64,000 nucleotides of DNA from assembly GCF_009914755.1 (NCBI RefSeq), contig NC_060928.1. One strand, written 5' to 3'. The translations under genes were made by a program, and so were the position numbers. Origin of the DNA: the human T2T-CHM13v2.0 reference genome, Homo sapiens. Positions 41,431-53,502 of this stretch are shown piece after piece. Position 1 is the first letter of the stretch, and each line of letters starts with the position of its first letter. The notes beneath the pieces were generated by a model. The model searched no databases. It was not told where the DNA came from and saw only the letters and a program-made list of their open reading frames with translations.

Positions 41431-42859
41431 TAAACTCTACCCTTGGAGCCTAGATGAGAACAAATATGAAGTGCTATAGAAGCAATTCTTCTGTTTGATA
41501 AGACAACATTCCTCATGCTTTCTAATGTACTACCACAATGGCAAGAATGCTCACAGTATATCAGAGCTTCCTCACATGAAGTAGGAACTGGTACTCTAGA
41601 TGGGAAGCTAAAAAAATAACAAGAGTTTTAGACATACCTTAGGGATTTCAAACTGTGTTTTAACAAAATGTAAAGCAAAAGGGACCTGTAGAATTATGTG
41701 GAAACACTTAGAAGTTTAACAGGTTTTGTTTGAATGGTTGTGCCTTTTATGCTTTGCCTGAATCATTTAGCCAACTCAGACTAATAGATAATAAGATGCT
41801 GCCAAGGATAACACTGGTTCTGTCATGCAACTACAGTACTAAGATTTAAAGCTAAATGAATGCATTCTTGTAGGAAAAATAATGACTAGAGGAATTCAGC
41901 ATTCACATTGAAAGAAAATTTTGTGAAAGAAAAACATCTGTCATTGTTGTCCGCTTTTCTAACTGTAATAAAGATATGTAGGTGATATAGTTGCAATTGA
42001 AAAGCGAAGTCTTTTGTGTCTGATCAGCTCTTGACAATGGATGATTAACCATCTGGCTAATCGCAAGTTATTTAATGAGAGAGTTTCTTTATAATTTTTT
42101 TCATTTAAGCATTATTAATTCTGTAGTTGCAAGGATCATTTTATGGGATAGCTGTTATAAAATATTTTAAAATCACTGATATTTTCACAATTAATATTTA
42201 ATACTCACAGCTTTGTGTTTCTAGGCATTGTCTTATGCTCTGTTCTTATGGACACTGGCCTCTGTAATCATGAAAGTAATTACATCTATAACCTTGGATG
42301 GCAGGTGCCATTAATTAAAAATTGTTTATGTAGAACAGCCTCGATATTAGATCAACTAGCAGGAAACCTACTATATTCAATTACAATGATCCGTAACAAA
42401 AATACAAATTAATGAATATAAATACAGTGATGGGGTGATAAAAATCTTCAATTACCATATCTTATTATATTAAAACTTATGACCACAAAGTTGATTTTTA
42501 TATGTAATTCTCTTTGGTATATTAAAAGAAGAGAAAACTAAAATAAAAAATGTATAATTACTGGTGAAGGCATTCAGTTAGTCATTCACACAATTTAAAA
42601 CTAGGACTCAGAGTCCCAAGCTTTGATACAGCTGATGAAGTTACATGTCAAGTGACAGCAGTAATTTCTTATAAATGCGGCAACATTTTTTATTTGATCT
42701 TTTTATATTAAATAATTCTTAAGTCACACCCCATTCATAGACATCTAACATTGCTAAGGACTGCAAACAAATATAGCATAGTAGCTCCAGTAATTTTAGA
42801 AAGCTGTGTCTTTCAATATGTTTTTATTGTGTCTTCTTCATGCCTTTCACCATGATAAT

Positions 42860-42910
42860 ACTACTAATACTACCAATAATACTAACAGTAGCTAATAATA
42901 CTAATGATAC
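42860..42910. repeat. Low-complexity (ACTAAT/TAA)n
   Basis: actactaatactaccaataatactaacagtagctaataatactaatgat. Confidence 0.6.
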
Positions 42911-43141
42911 CTAGTGTTTATTGAGTTCATATACTAATTCAAACACTTTTAAGTTTTTGGATATATTCTCATTTGATCCACCAACACACAAGAGAGATAT
43001 TCTTTTATTCTGATTTTACCATTTGCAAAGAAACTGAGGCTTAGAGAAGTAAAGTAACTTGTTCAGATTGTTAGAACTGGATTCCAGGTTCTAAATAGGA
43101 CTTTGAGGCTCACCCCTTTCACCACTAATCCATGCTGCCTC
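42905..43141 (-). mobile_element. MIR
   Basis: gtttattgag...ctcatttgatcc...agaaactgaggcttagagaagtaaagtaacttg...catgctgcct. Confidence 0.8.
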
Positions 43142-43194
43142 TAGAAGGCTAAAATCTGTGTGCTCTTTGCACCTTAAAAAAAGATGTTGCCTTT

Positions 43195-43984
43195 ATAGCA
43201 GCATGATTTATAGTCCTTTGGGTATATACCCAGTAATGGGATGGCTGGGTCAAATGGTATTTCTAGTTCTAGATCCCTGAGGAATCGCCACACTGACTTC
43301 CACAATGGTTGAACTAGTTTACAGTCCCACCAGTAGTGTAAAAGTGTTCCTATTTCTCCACATCCTCTCCAGCACCTGTTGTTTCCTGACTTTTTAATGA
43401 TCGCCATTCTAACTGGTGTGAGATGGTATCTCATTGTGGTTTTGATTTGCATTTCTCTGATGGCCAGCGATGGTGAGCATTTTTTCATTGTTTTTTGGCT
43501 GCATAAATGTCTTCTTCTGAGAAGCACACATATGTTTATTGCGGCATTATTCACAATAGCAAAGACTTGGAACCAACCCAAATGTCCAACAATGATAGAC
43601 TGGATTAAGAAAATGTGGCACATATACACTATAGAATACTATGCAGCCATAAAAAATGATGAGTTCATGTCCTTTGTAGGGACATGGATGAAATTGGAAA
43701 TCATCATTCTCAGTAAACTATTGCAAGAACAAAAAACCAAACACCGCATATTCTCACTCATAGGTGGGAATTGAACAATGAGAACACATGGACACAGGAA
43801 GGGGAACATCACTCTCTGGGGACTGTTGTGGGGTGGGGGGAGGGGGGAGGGAGAGCATTGGGAGATATACCTAATGCTAGATGACGAGTTAGTGGGTGCA
43901 GCGCACCAGCACGGCACATGTATACATATGTAACTAACCTGCACATTGTGCACATGTACCCTAAAACTTAAAGTATAATAAAAA
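43195..43984 (+). mobile_element. 5'-truncated, 5'-inverted (twin-primed) L1PA2
   Basis: Antisense block 43195-43524 joined to sense block 43525-43984; L1PA2 diagnostics (aaattggaaatcatc, ctagatgacgagttagtggg, gcgcacc, ctaaaacttaaag); TSD aaaaaaagatgttgccttt (43176-43194 / 43985-44003). Confidence 0.95.
43830..43851 (+). other. Canonical G-quadruplex motif of the young L1 3'UTR
   Basis: ggggtggggggaggggggaggg, four G-runs with 1-nt loops. Confidence 0.7.
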
Positions 43985-44254
43985 AAAAAAAGATGTTGCC
44001 TTTCCCTTTTACTTCACTTTTGGATGAATCTTCTAAAAGGAGAATGTTTAATGCCTGAACATTCTAGAAAGAAAAATTTCACCATTCTTAGAGAATTTGT
44101 TAAGTAGTAACCACAAGAGTAGGTTGATGATTACTAAGCTATCATTGACCTTGAAAGTATATAAAGGCTTGAATATTGATTAGGAAAATGAATTTTTTTT
44201 TAGTGTAGTGCCCTTCTTTATAGTATGGTAGGGTTTGTTCCTTCTACTTAATCC

Positions 44255-44565
44255 AAGCATATTATTTTTTTGTCACATAACAAACCACCCCAAAACGTGT
44301 GGCTGAGATGGCTCATCTCATTTACATGGGGCCTAGCCCATGCTTGTTCACACGGTAACATGATAGAGGTCCTAAATGCAAAAGTTCTCTAGAGTACTCG
44401 TCTCGTTACTAACCCAACGTTGCTTTGGTTGCCCCAAGTTTAAGTTCATATTTAAGGGTCAAGAAAGGGACTCTATCCTTTGATAACAGGAATTGCAAAT
44501 TATGTTAAAAGTGGTACTGATATAGGAATAAAGAGAATCGTGACCATTTTTATACTCTACCCTAT
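44255..44565 (-). mobile_element. Old MaLR LTR (MLT1H/I-like), internally deleted
   Basis: cataacaaaccaccccaaaacgtgtggct...gcttgttcacacgg...gactctatcctttgat...tgaccattttt. Confidence 0.5.
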
Positions 44566-45257
44566 AAAGTGAATCAGACTCTTAGAGAACCACGTGAAGA
44601 GTTTGTCATTGTCTTTTGAAATGAGAATTCAGTGCCTGGCGCATGACTCACAAACGAAAACAATAAAGTCAAGGCTAAAGGGAAACAAAAAAAAAAAAAA
44701 AAAGAGGAAGAGAGATGAGCCTGAGTCTGGGGGGAGAAAGCAGTACTTTCTTTCATGTGTGACAACAAGTATTTTGTTTCCCATGGGACATGCATAAATC
44801 CTGCAGTGTTAATAATGAGTTACACAGAAATGATTCTATCCAAAACAGTCTCCTTCAGGCAAGTCTGCTTTGGGGTGGACTGCTGAAAGATAGGAGCAGA
44901 GGAAAAAATATAAATAACCAGATGGCCGTGACTTTTTGGCTCCAACAGAAAACTGTAGTTGAGAAAGCCTGATAGTTCGATCAAAAAAAAAAATTCCCCA
45001 ATACAAAATTTCAGCACTTGAAATCTATCACCCACAGAGCGTACCACACTAGAGTATAACTCCAGTAGCCAAGATAGATTTTTATGAGCCTTATGTCTCT
45101 TAGCTTCAATACTGGAGAATCTGATATAGCAAAAACGACTGGAGGAGGAGGAGGAGTAAAATGGAATAGACTTCTTTATTCTGTTGTTCTGAAATAGCAA
45201 GTATTGAAGAAACAGCAACATCAGTGAGCAGGTATGGGAAATTTTGCATTCAGAATA

Positions 45258-46390
45258 TGATCATCTCTCAGCACCTCTGCCCCCACCAACATCCTGGTCC
45301 AGGCCTCCATTAATTCTTATGTATTATTGCATTGACCTCCTCTCTGCTTCTCCCCTCCCCGCTACAGTTAATTCTCAGCACAACCAAAGTGACTCTTTTC
45401 AAAACTAAGTCAGATCATGTAATCCTCTGCTCAGACCCCTTTCTTTTAGACTAAAAATCAAAGCTATACAATAGCCTACAGGCCTGGAGCAGATATCAAA
45501 GTATGTTGCTCAGGTTTTCCTTCAACAAATAACTTGACATCCAGATGCTAGTGATGCAGTTAGTTCAGAGCCTCCAGCAACAGCAACTTCCAGATCTAAT
45601 GCAGCATTTGAGGCCACACTTTACCCAGGCTGTCCCCAGCCAGTGACTTAAGTATAATGGATACAGAAGGACCTGGCTGTTCCTGCCAAATGCAAGACTC
45701 TTTTTTAGGCAATTTTTGCTCGGAACCATTGGTTTGTCTGAGATCATGTTAAATATGGGTCACACTGAAGGTAGTTCCTGACCAATTCTGGCCTCCTTTT
45801 CTCTCACCTTCCACAGGTATCAGATTTGCATTGCAGTCTAAAGGCTTTCCCTCAACAACTCTGCCCCCTTCCTTCCTTTTTCTTTCATAGGTTGTTGCTC
45901 CAAGTGAATTTCTTGCACTCCTAACTCTATCTCAGCATCTGCTACGGACGAAGGCCCTATAGGATCTTGTCCTTTGTACTTCTGTGACCTCATTTCTACC
46001 ACTCTTTGCCACACTCACTTTCTTTCACTCTTACTGGCCTCCTCACCATGGCTTGGTCATGCCAAGTCTACTCATTGTTCCTTCTGCCTAGAACGTTCTA
46101 GCCCCAGATACTGTCACAACTAACTCCTTAATATTATTCAAGACTTTTATCAAATACAATCAGTTACTCCATGAGGCCCTCCAAGATTATTTTATTCTGC
46201 AACCTGACACTTTCCCACCATGCTTAGTACTTATGTTCTGTCTTACTCAACTGTTTTCCTTTTCCCTGACATGGAAGCTGAATGTAAGCTCCCTATACAC
46301 AAGACCTCTGTTTGGATCAGTGAAATATCTCCAACACTTAGTGTGTGCTGGCCACGTAACTAGTTTTCTATGTTAAATTCCTGCATGTAT
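45258..46390 (+). mobile_element. L2a 3' region split by LTR16B
   Basis: cctggtccaggcctccat, aagtcagatcatgtaatcctctgctca, tagcctaca|aggccct, ttgttccttctgcctagaa, gaatgtaagctcc. Confidence 0.75.
45485..45948 (+). mobile_element. LTR16B-like (ERVL) solo LTR
   Basis: gcagttagttcagagcctccagc, ccccagccagtgact, tcagatttgcattgcagtct, ttgcactcctaactctatctcagcatctgct; aggcc on both flanks. Confidence 0.7.
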
Positions 46391-46749
46391 GCTATAGCTG
46401 TAGCATTTTTGTATGATATAGGCCTAAATTGGGAAAGGGAAAAGTTTTGAACTGAATAAAATATAAGGCCTTTGATGATAGACCGTAATGAATTTTTAAT
46501 ACTTGGATTTGAGACCTAATTTACCTGAATGTGATGGAAAAACTATGTAATCTCCAAGGTATTGCCAGTGATGGATGAGGGAGAATCAACATGACAGTGG
46601 TATGGGGAAAAAAAAAAAGTTTTTTTCTACTTGTACTCTGCTGAGTTCACTTAAGCCAATAAATCATTTCAGACACAATTAGGTTATATTCTAATGCAGA
46701 CCTGTGATACACTAGGGAAATAAAACTAAATACAAAAACAAAAATCTAC

Positions 46750-46930
46750 ACAGTCAGAAGATTTGGATTCAAGTTCTGTTAGGAACAACTAGCTGCATGA
46801 CCTGAATTGATTAACTTTGTCTCTGAGAGTCAGATATTTCATCTGCAAAATACAGATAGTTTTACTTAATTCATAGAGTTTTTGTATGAATCAAATTAGA
46901 AAAATGGACAAGTGATCTGTAAACTTTAAA
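46750..46930 (+). mobile_element. MIR
   Basis: gtcagaagatttggattcaagttct...actagctgcatgacct...tcatctgcaaaat. Confidence 0.7.
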
Positions 46931-48899
46931 TATCGCTATGTGGTTAAGAAAAAAGTACTAATCTTTCCATGATTATTTTCAGACAAACATTTTTGGCTGA
47001 TTCAAATTAATCCAGAGCATTAGAATTTATTAACAATTCTAATGGGAATATAGAACAGGAAAAGAAATAGAATACACTTTTATTTGAAGTCTGTTTTCTT
47101 TCTATATTATCTCTCCCATTCTTTGCAAATCACCCATCTATTCTAGAGATGACAAGGGAAAATGAACCACAAACACAAAACAAAACTAAACAAAAACTCT
47201 CCATCTTAGTACAAGAATGAATCAATTCAAAACCCTCAAAATTCATTCAAGCAAAATTATCAGAGTGTGGGATCTATTTCTTTTCCAAAAAAATAATTAA
47301 ATAAATGACAAATTGATAAGTGATGTGCTGCTTGGAAGACATCTCTATTCCCAAAATACACAATTTATTACCATTATTTAAAAGTTGGTCTGAATAAAAG
47401 GTAAACTCCAAATTAAAGCATGGCCCTTATAGGTTAAACCAAAGACAATCATTTGAAAAGGAATAGACATTTTGATAGGTTTGAAGGATAGCTATAGATC
47501 TGCACCCACTCACAATTTGAAAATTGAAACTATTGAATAGTTCTGAGTTGATAATAAAATAATGCAAGAAAGAACAAAGCAAAAAATAAATGCCTTACGT
47601 TAGTTTGGAGCAATTTATTTTTGGCTCTTCTGTTGCCTCAGTAATAATCTCGCAAGGTGTTTCAATCCTGTTCATAGCTAAACACAATTTTATATTCATT
47701 ATAAAGCAGACATGCTATTTCACACATGAATTCTTTTGATTGTTCAATATTTTGCTAATATTCACATCCCTGAATCCATGTCTAAATGATGCCATGGCAA
47801 AATGATGACAGAAAAAAAATTTGTTGATTGCTGCCAGCTGATTTGCTAGTCAGTATCCATGCATTTGACTGATTCTTTTCTTGAACTAACTAGTTATTAA
47901 TGGACATGACTAATTCAAGTCTACATAAGTAACAGGCTATAATAAGTTACTTGATTTAACTGGCACCAAGTCATTTTAGGCCAACAGACCAAGCTTTACC
48001 AACAGTATTAACACAACAGTGGACAAGTCTGAGTACAGGTTTAGTAACGGTGGAAAACAGAATTTCTAGCATGAAAATGTTAGGAATTGTTAGAAATGCC
48101 AAAATATTCTGAATTAGAGCAAGGTCTTTAAACACAGGATTTATAATAACTTAATTAAATAAAGCAAACTATATCTCTATATTGGCACACAAGTACCAAG
48201 CCTAATAAGGACAAATGAAAAGTAATGAAATATCCAATCTATAGTTTGGAGAGGTTTTAAGACTATGTATTTAATGATAGTAATCCATTTTTCTCTATGG
48301 AAAACACAACCTGATATAATTGTTAAATTCAGTTGTTCTGCTTGAATGATGTTATGCATTTTAACTTGATTCTGACAATTCTAACGGAAAGAAGATTCAT
48401 CGTAGTGTGCAGTAAAGTTGACCATACTTCACTCTCTTAGATTTGTCTCATGTCCCACTCCAGCTGAAAGTCATTCCTGTCCATTCCAGCCAATTGGTGA
48501 GCTCCTAAGCATGCAATAGACACTGTTCTTTACTTTTGGGATAAATAAGAAGTGAGATAAATTACATACCGTCAGAGAACTTTTGCAACCTTGGCTGCAA
48601 CTATCATGTGAATGATAGATGGAACTTAGAAGGGTCATCTAAATCTGCAGTGGAGAAGGCAGGTCAGGGAAAATAGCTGCAAGAAAGCAATAGTAGTCAT
48701 GCATAAAAAGAAAAAAGGAGGCTGTGGGCTAGGATAAGGATTCAGGAAGGAGATGAAAGGAGGGAAGTGATTTTTATTGTACTCCATCCACTCTGTCAAT
48801 TTAGAATTCTCCCTTCTTTGCATTTTTGCTCTGTTTTAATCAAATTAATGCAAACATTTGTAGCTTCATGTTGTTAGAAGATGATTCCACACTCTTTCC

Positions 48900-49005
48900 C
48901 CAACCATATTGTCAATTCTCTGTATCTGTGTCACTCTTTCACAGTGCCCAGCATAGTGCTTTGCACAAAGAATGTTTTCAATAATCAATGTGTTAAACAA
49001 AAATG
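48900..49005 (+). mobile_element. L2 3' end
   Basis: tctctgtatc...cacagtgcccagcatagtgctttgcaca...tcaataa. Confidence 0.5.
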
Positions 49006-49095
49006 GAAATTGCATAATGGGATGTTTTAAAATCTAATATTATTACCTTCAAATGACCTTGCTGAAGATGAACCTATATTTTTACATAGATTTAG

Positions 49096-49478
<383 letters not shown>

Positions 49479-49867
49479 TGATGCTAATTTCTTAAACAAA
49501 GTTTAACGGAAGCCAGTACCAATGTTCCTTTGGTGCCTCTTCAAGCAGAAAAAGAACAATATGACTAAAGAAAGAAACTGACAATTTTTTACCCCAAAAT
49601 AGTCTGTCATTCCATGTTGAATGTAGTAACTTTATTTTATGGAAAGTTATTTTATAGAAACTTTTAAAACAAAAGGTGTTCTCAAGGTATGTTATCATTG
49701 ATCTTTTTTTCTGGTATAAATGCTGAAACTGGAATAGTAGATATTTTTAAAAAGGGACATCTTTAGATTTAATACCTGACCTTATTCAGAATCTCTGACA
49801 TTCAGCCTCTTTCAAAGCAATTACAGTAATAAAATAGCATGCTTATTAAGAATGTATTCCTTTTAAA

Positions 49868-50036
49868 CAATAGACGTTGGGGGCAAGGGTTGAAAAACTG
49901 CCTTTTGGGTACTATGCTCACTACCTGGGTGACAGGTTTAATTGTACCCCAATCTCAGCATCACACAATATAACTTCATAACACACTTGCACATGTACTC
50001 CTGCATGTGAAATAAAATTTAAAAATAAATAGAAAC
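49868..50036 (+). mobile_element. Short L1PA15/16-type 3' end
   Basis: ggttgaaaaactgccttttgggtactatgctcactacctgggtgac...ctcagcatcacacaatat; TSD agaatgtattccttttaaa (49849-49867) / agaatgtattcgttttaaa (50037-50055). Confidence 0.85.
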
Positions 50037-50931
50037 AGAATGTATTCGTTTTAAAAGATTGATTTTTTTTTTTAATTTGAAGAAGGAGAAGGACAGGTTG
50101 ATACAGAGAATCCAGGAGATGAAATGTGAAATTAGAACAAATATTTAACAAGTGGGTGGCCACATTAACAACGTTTTTAAAATTATGCCAAAGAATAAGA
50201 GTATATTGTAATTCTAAAAGGGCAAAAAATCACTGGGTATTGCCTTAAATAACATTCATTCTTGGAAACTCATAATTAGGTCAAATATACCATTATCATT
50301 CACCTTGAAGTTGGTTAAGAAAGCTCAGCTTTAGAGAAAAAATTATCACAGGAAATTATTCTTACAACTAAAAATGGAAGAAAAATCTTTACATTTATAT
50401 TAAAAATGAATGTATCCATCTGCTACAAGAAGTTATTCCCTTTCAGGCAATCTCCCCAGGGCCAGACTTATCATTGGTAAAATCAGATCACTTTTAAATT
50501 TTCAGAATTTTAAAATTCTAGAAGTAATAGGTCTATGACATTTCTAATAATATGACTTTATATTAAGATCTTCACTTGGCTAACAATGGAGAAAAAGAAG
50601 CACATGTACAGCTTCTTTCTTTTCTTTATGAGCTCTTTACTTCCCCGTTGTAGAGTTCTGCCGATATATTGGCTGGTGGCCTCCATGTACCAGCAGTAGC
50701 CTGGCTCAAAGCCTATTCTCTACTCACTCAAATGTGGAAGGCTCTGTTGGCAGAGCAGATTCTGAATCCACTTCCTGAGCCGTTGACATGACTGTGTATG
50801 GCAGGACTGCCTCTCACATCAATCAGTTAGAGAAGCTAAAACAGCACTCAGGTATGATAGGGACTGCTTCTAGAAGGTGAGCTATACCAAGGTTATGCTT
50901 ATAAGTGGGAGTTGGCTTCTATATTTAAGGC

Positions 50932-50989
50932 ATGTAATCCTTCCCAGTGATATAACCCTTCCCACTGATGTAACCCCTCCCACTGATAT
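50932..50989. repeat. 18-bp tandem repeat, ~3.2 copies
   Basis: atgtaatccttcccagtg / atataacccttcccactg / atgtaacccctcccactg / atat. Confidence 0.85.
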
Positions 50990-51138
50990 GGTCTGGTGAG
51001 TAGATTAACAACTTTTCCTTCCTTGGGAGAGGAGTTAGAAAGGTAGGTAAACAGGGAAGAAGAGATAGGGGCAGAGGTTCCGTCCCCAGAAGACAGACAG
51101 GAAATCAGGACAAAGAAGAGGTAAGCATCCTGCCTGAC

Positions 51139-51562
51139 TGATATGGTTTGAATGTTTGTCTTTTCCAAATCTCATGTTGAAATGTGATTCCCAGTGTTGG
51201 AGAGAGATCTGTTGAGAGGTGATTGGAACATGGAGGCAGATCCCTTTTGAATAGCTTAGTACCATACCCTTGGTGATAAGTGAGCTCTCACTTAGTTAGT
51301 TCATGTAAGATCTGGTTGTTTAAAAGTCTGGGACCTCCTGCCCTTTTGCTCTCTCGTTCCCACTCTCACTATGTGATGTGCCTGCTCCTGCTTTCTTTTC
51401 CACCATGATTATAAGATTCCTGAGGCCTTCACCAGAAGCCAAGCAGATATTGGTGCCATGCTTCTACAGCCTGCAGAACCGTGAGCTAATTAAACCTCCT
51501 TTATTTATAAATTACCCAGCCTCGAGTATTCCTTTATAGCACTGCAAGAATGGCCAAATATA
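51139..51562 (+). mobile_element. MSTB (MaLR) solo LTR
   Basis: tgatatggtttgaatgtttgtc...caaatctcatgttgaaatgtga...ccagaagccaagcagat...cagcctgcagaaccgtgagc; TSD ctgac / ctgat. Confidence 0.9.
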
Positions 51563-51959
51563 CTGATACATTCAAGTGTTAGTTTAACTCAGCTTTTCCC
51601 AATATATGTTCCACATTCAATAGATATATTTCTCATAATATTAATCCATGAATTTTTCATTTTACCTGAACCATGATGCTCAGTGCTTCTCAACATGTTA
51701 AGTGGACAGTTTTCAAGATTTCAGGGCAAGGGAATATATGAGGTAAGACAGTAAACACATTGGTCATTTTTGATTCACAATTTATATAGCTTTGTTCTTT
51801 TTTTTTCCCCAAAGCAAGGTAATATCCTTAAGTGTTATACCAGGCCAACTTATTATATAAGTTTACTATAAAGAGCTATTAGAGAGAATTCTACATATCG
51901 TAAAGATTCATCCTTTTCCAAACAGAAATAGAACACCTTGAACAGAAAGAGGTAGAGAA

Positions 51960-52200
51960 ATAATGCCAATAGATAACTTTGAGTGAGAAGCTCCGTGTGC
52001 CAGGTACTTTTCAAGTACTTAGGACACATTGTTTAATTAAATCTTTACAATTTCCTCCATGTCCCACAGATAAAGAAATATGAAAACTAAGGTAGAAAGT
52101 TTAAGTAACTTGCACAACTATAAGTGGCAGTAGGCAGATTCAAACTGAAGAATTCAGGATCCAGAGCTAACATTTTTATCCTACCCTCTACTACCTCTGC
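51960..52200 (-). mobile_element. MIR
   Basis: tgtgccaggtact...ttaaatctttacaa...aaactaagg...ttaagtaacttgc...gattcaaact...tccagagct. Confidence 0.7.
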
Positions 52201-53089
52201 TATTCTATAGAGAATTCAGACACGTTTCTTCTCTTCCAACAACCTAACCTCCACAAGGTCAAACTTCAGGTCAAGACATAGGAAAGGAGGAAAAGGGGTG
52301 ATAAAATAGAACTCTCAGAGATATTAAGGAGAAGCTCTTCGAAATTAAGGGTGATGTATCTGGATTTGTATTTGGAAATCCAGGAAAAGATCACCTTAAA
52401 AGGTGCCCCTGTGCCCTTTAATCCAGAGTGGTGTGTAAATATGTTCATTGGAGTTTAGGGATGGAGAGGGCCTGAGTTAATGTTTCTCTGTGGTGTGGAA
52501 TTGGTCAGGAAATCCCTGCATGTGCCAGAAGGGAGGAGAAAGACAACTGAGTTGAGAAAAGTTTGGAGGAAAGCTACAAGACTGACACAAGGCAGCATGG
52601 CCACAAGGTTGGTGGACCAAGCCTGCTATCTGATGTAGATGCTGGCTAAGACCCAGAGAGCTTCAATTTCAGTGGAAACAAAGGTGAGGCCAGATCATCA
52701 AGGATTTTCTATTAGTAGAAAATTCTCGCAGACCAGCCAATGGGCAGACTCTCAAGCAAGAAGTCAAAGCCACTGGTGGGCTCAAGATCACAACGCCATC
52801 CCCAGGCATCAGGGGCAGCAGCAAGTTCCCACTTGATTCCAGGTTCATCTATGATTGGAGTTGAAGGCAACAAGAGTCTCTGAATTTGTATTTACTGAAA
52901 AGATTCTACATTTATAAAAATTGCTTTGAAATAATAATGTCTGAGTTACAGTGAAATGGCACTTTTAAATTGGTTTCTCACCCTTACCCACCCCATCACA
53001 CTTCACTACCCAAAAAAGTACAGAGATGATGGTGAAGATTAGAATGGTTGTAATTAAAAACTGAGAAACTTTTTGCAAAACCAGTTTAT

Positions 53090-53380
53090 AGAGTGTTCAA
53101 CTGCAAAGCAACTACAGAAAACACTAGTTCCTGTAATCTTAATAAATATTATTTTAAAAATATTTCCTTGCTCTATAAGTTTAGGAAACACTGAACTAAA
53201 AAAATGAAAAGATTTTCATGCTGTAGAAATTCTCATAAATGTAAGTAGTGTCATCCGCATCATGAGTCTATGAGAGCAGAGTATACAGTGCCGAAGTTTG
53301 AAATATATTATCTCCAAACATATTTTCATAAAATATTTGACATAATTAGTGTTCCACAGAACACCCATTAGGAAACAATG
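53090..53380. mobile_element. MER103C-like hAT MITE
   Basis: aacactagttcc...ataagtttaggaaacactg...tagtgttccacagaacacccattaggaaacaatg. Confidence 0.6.
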
Positions 53381-53455
53381 ATCTGGCTTAATATAAGGGA
53401 TCTACATGATGTTTAAACATAAAGTCAGGAGATCCAGATCCAGTGTAGGTATGTT

Positions 53456-53502
53456 CACATACACACAGGTACACACACACACACACACACACACAGAGAG
53501 AG
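53456..53502. repeat. (CA)n(GA)n microsatellite
   Basis: Direct reading. Confidence 0.9.

Noticed and set aside
43174-43774. Overlapping chimeric ORFs on both strands
   Set aside because: Artefact of the twin-priming inversion junction.
50899-51168. ORF with QWEGLH-type peptide repeats
   Set aside because: Simply the translation of the 18-bp DNA triplication; the ORF starts inside an MSTB LTR.
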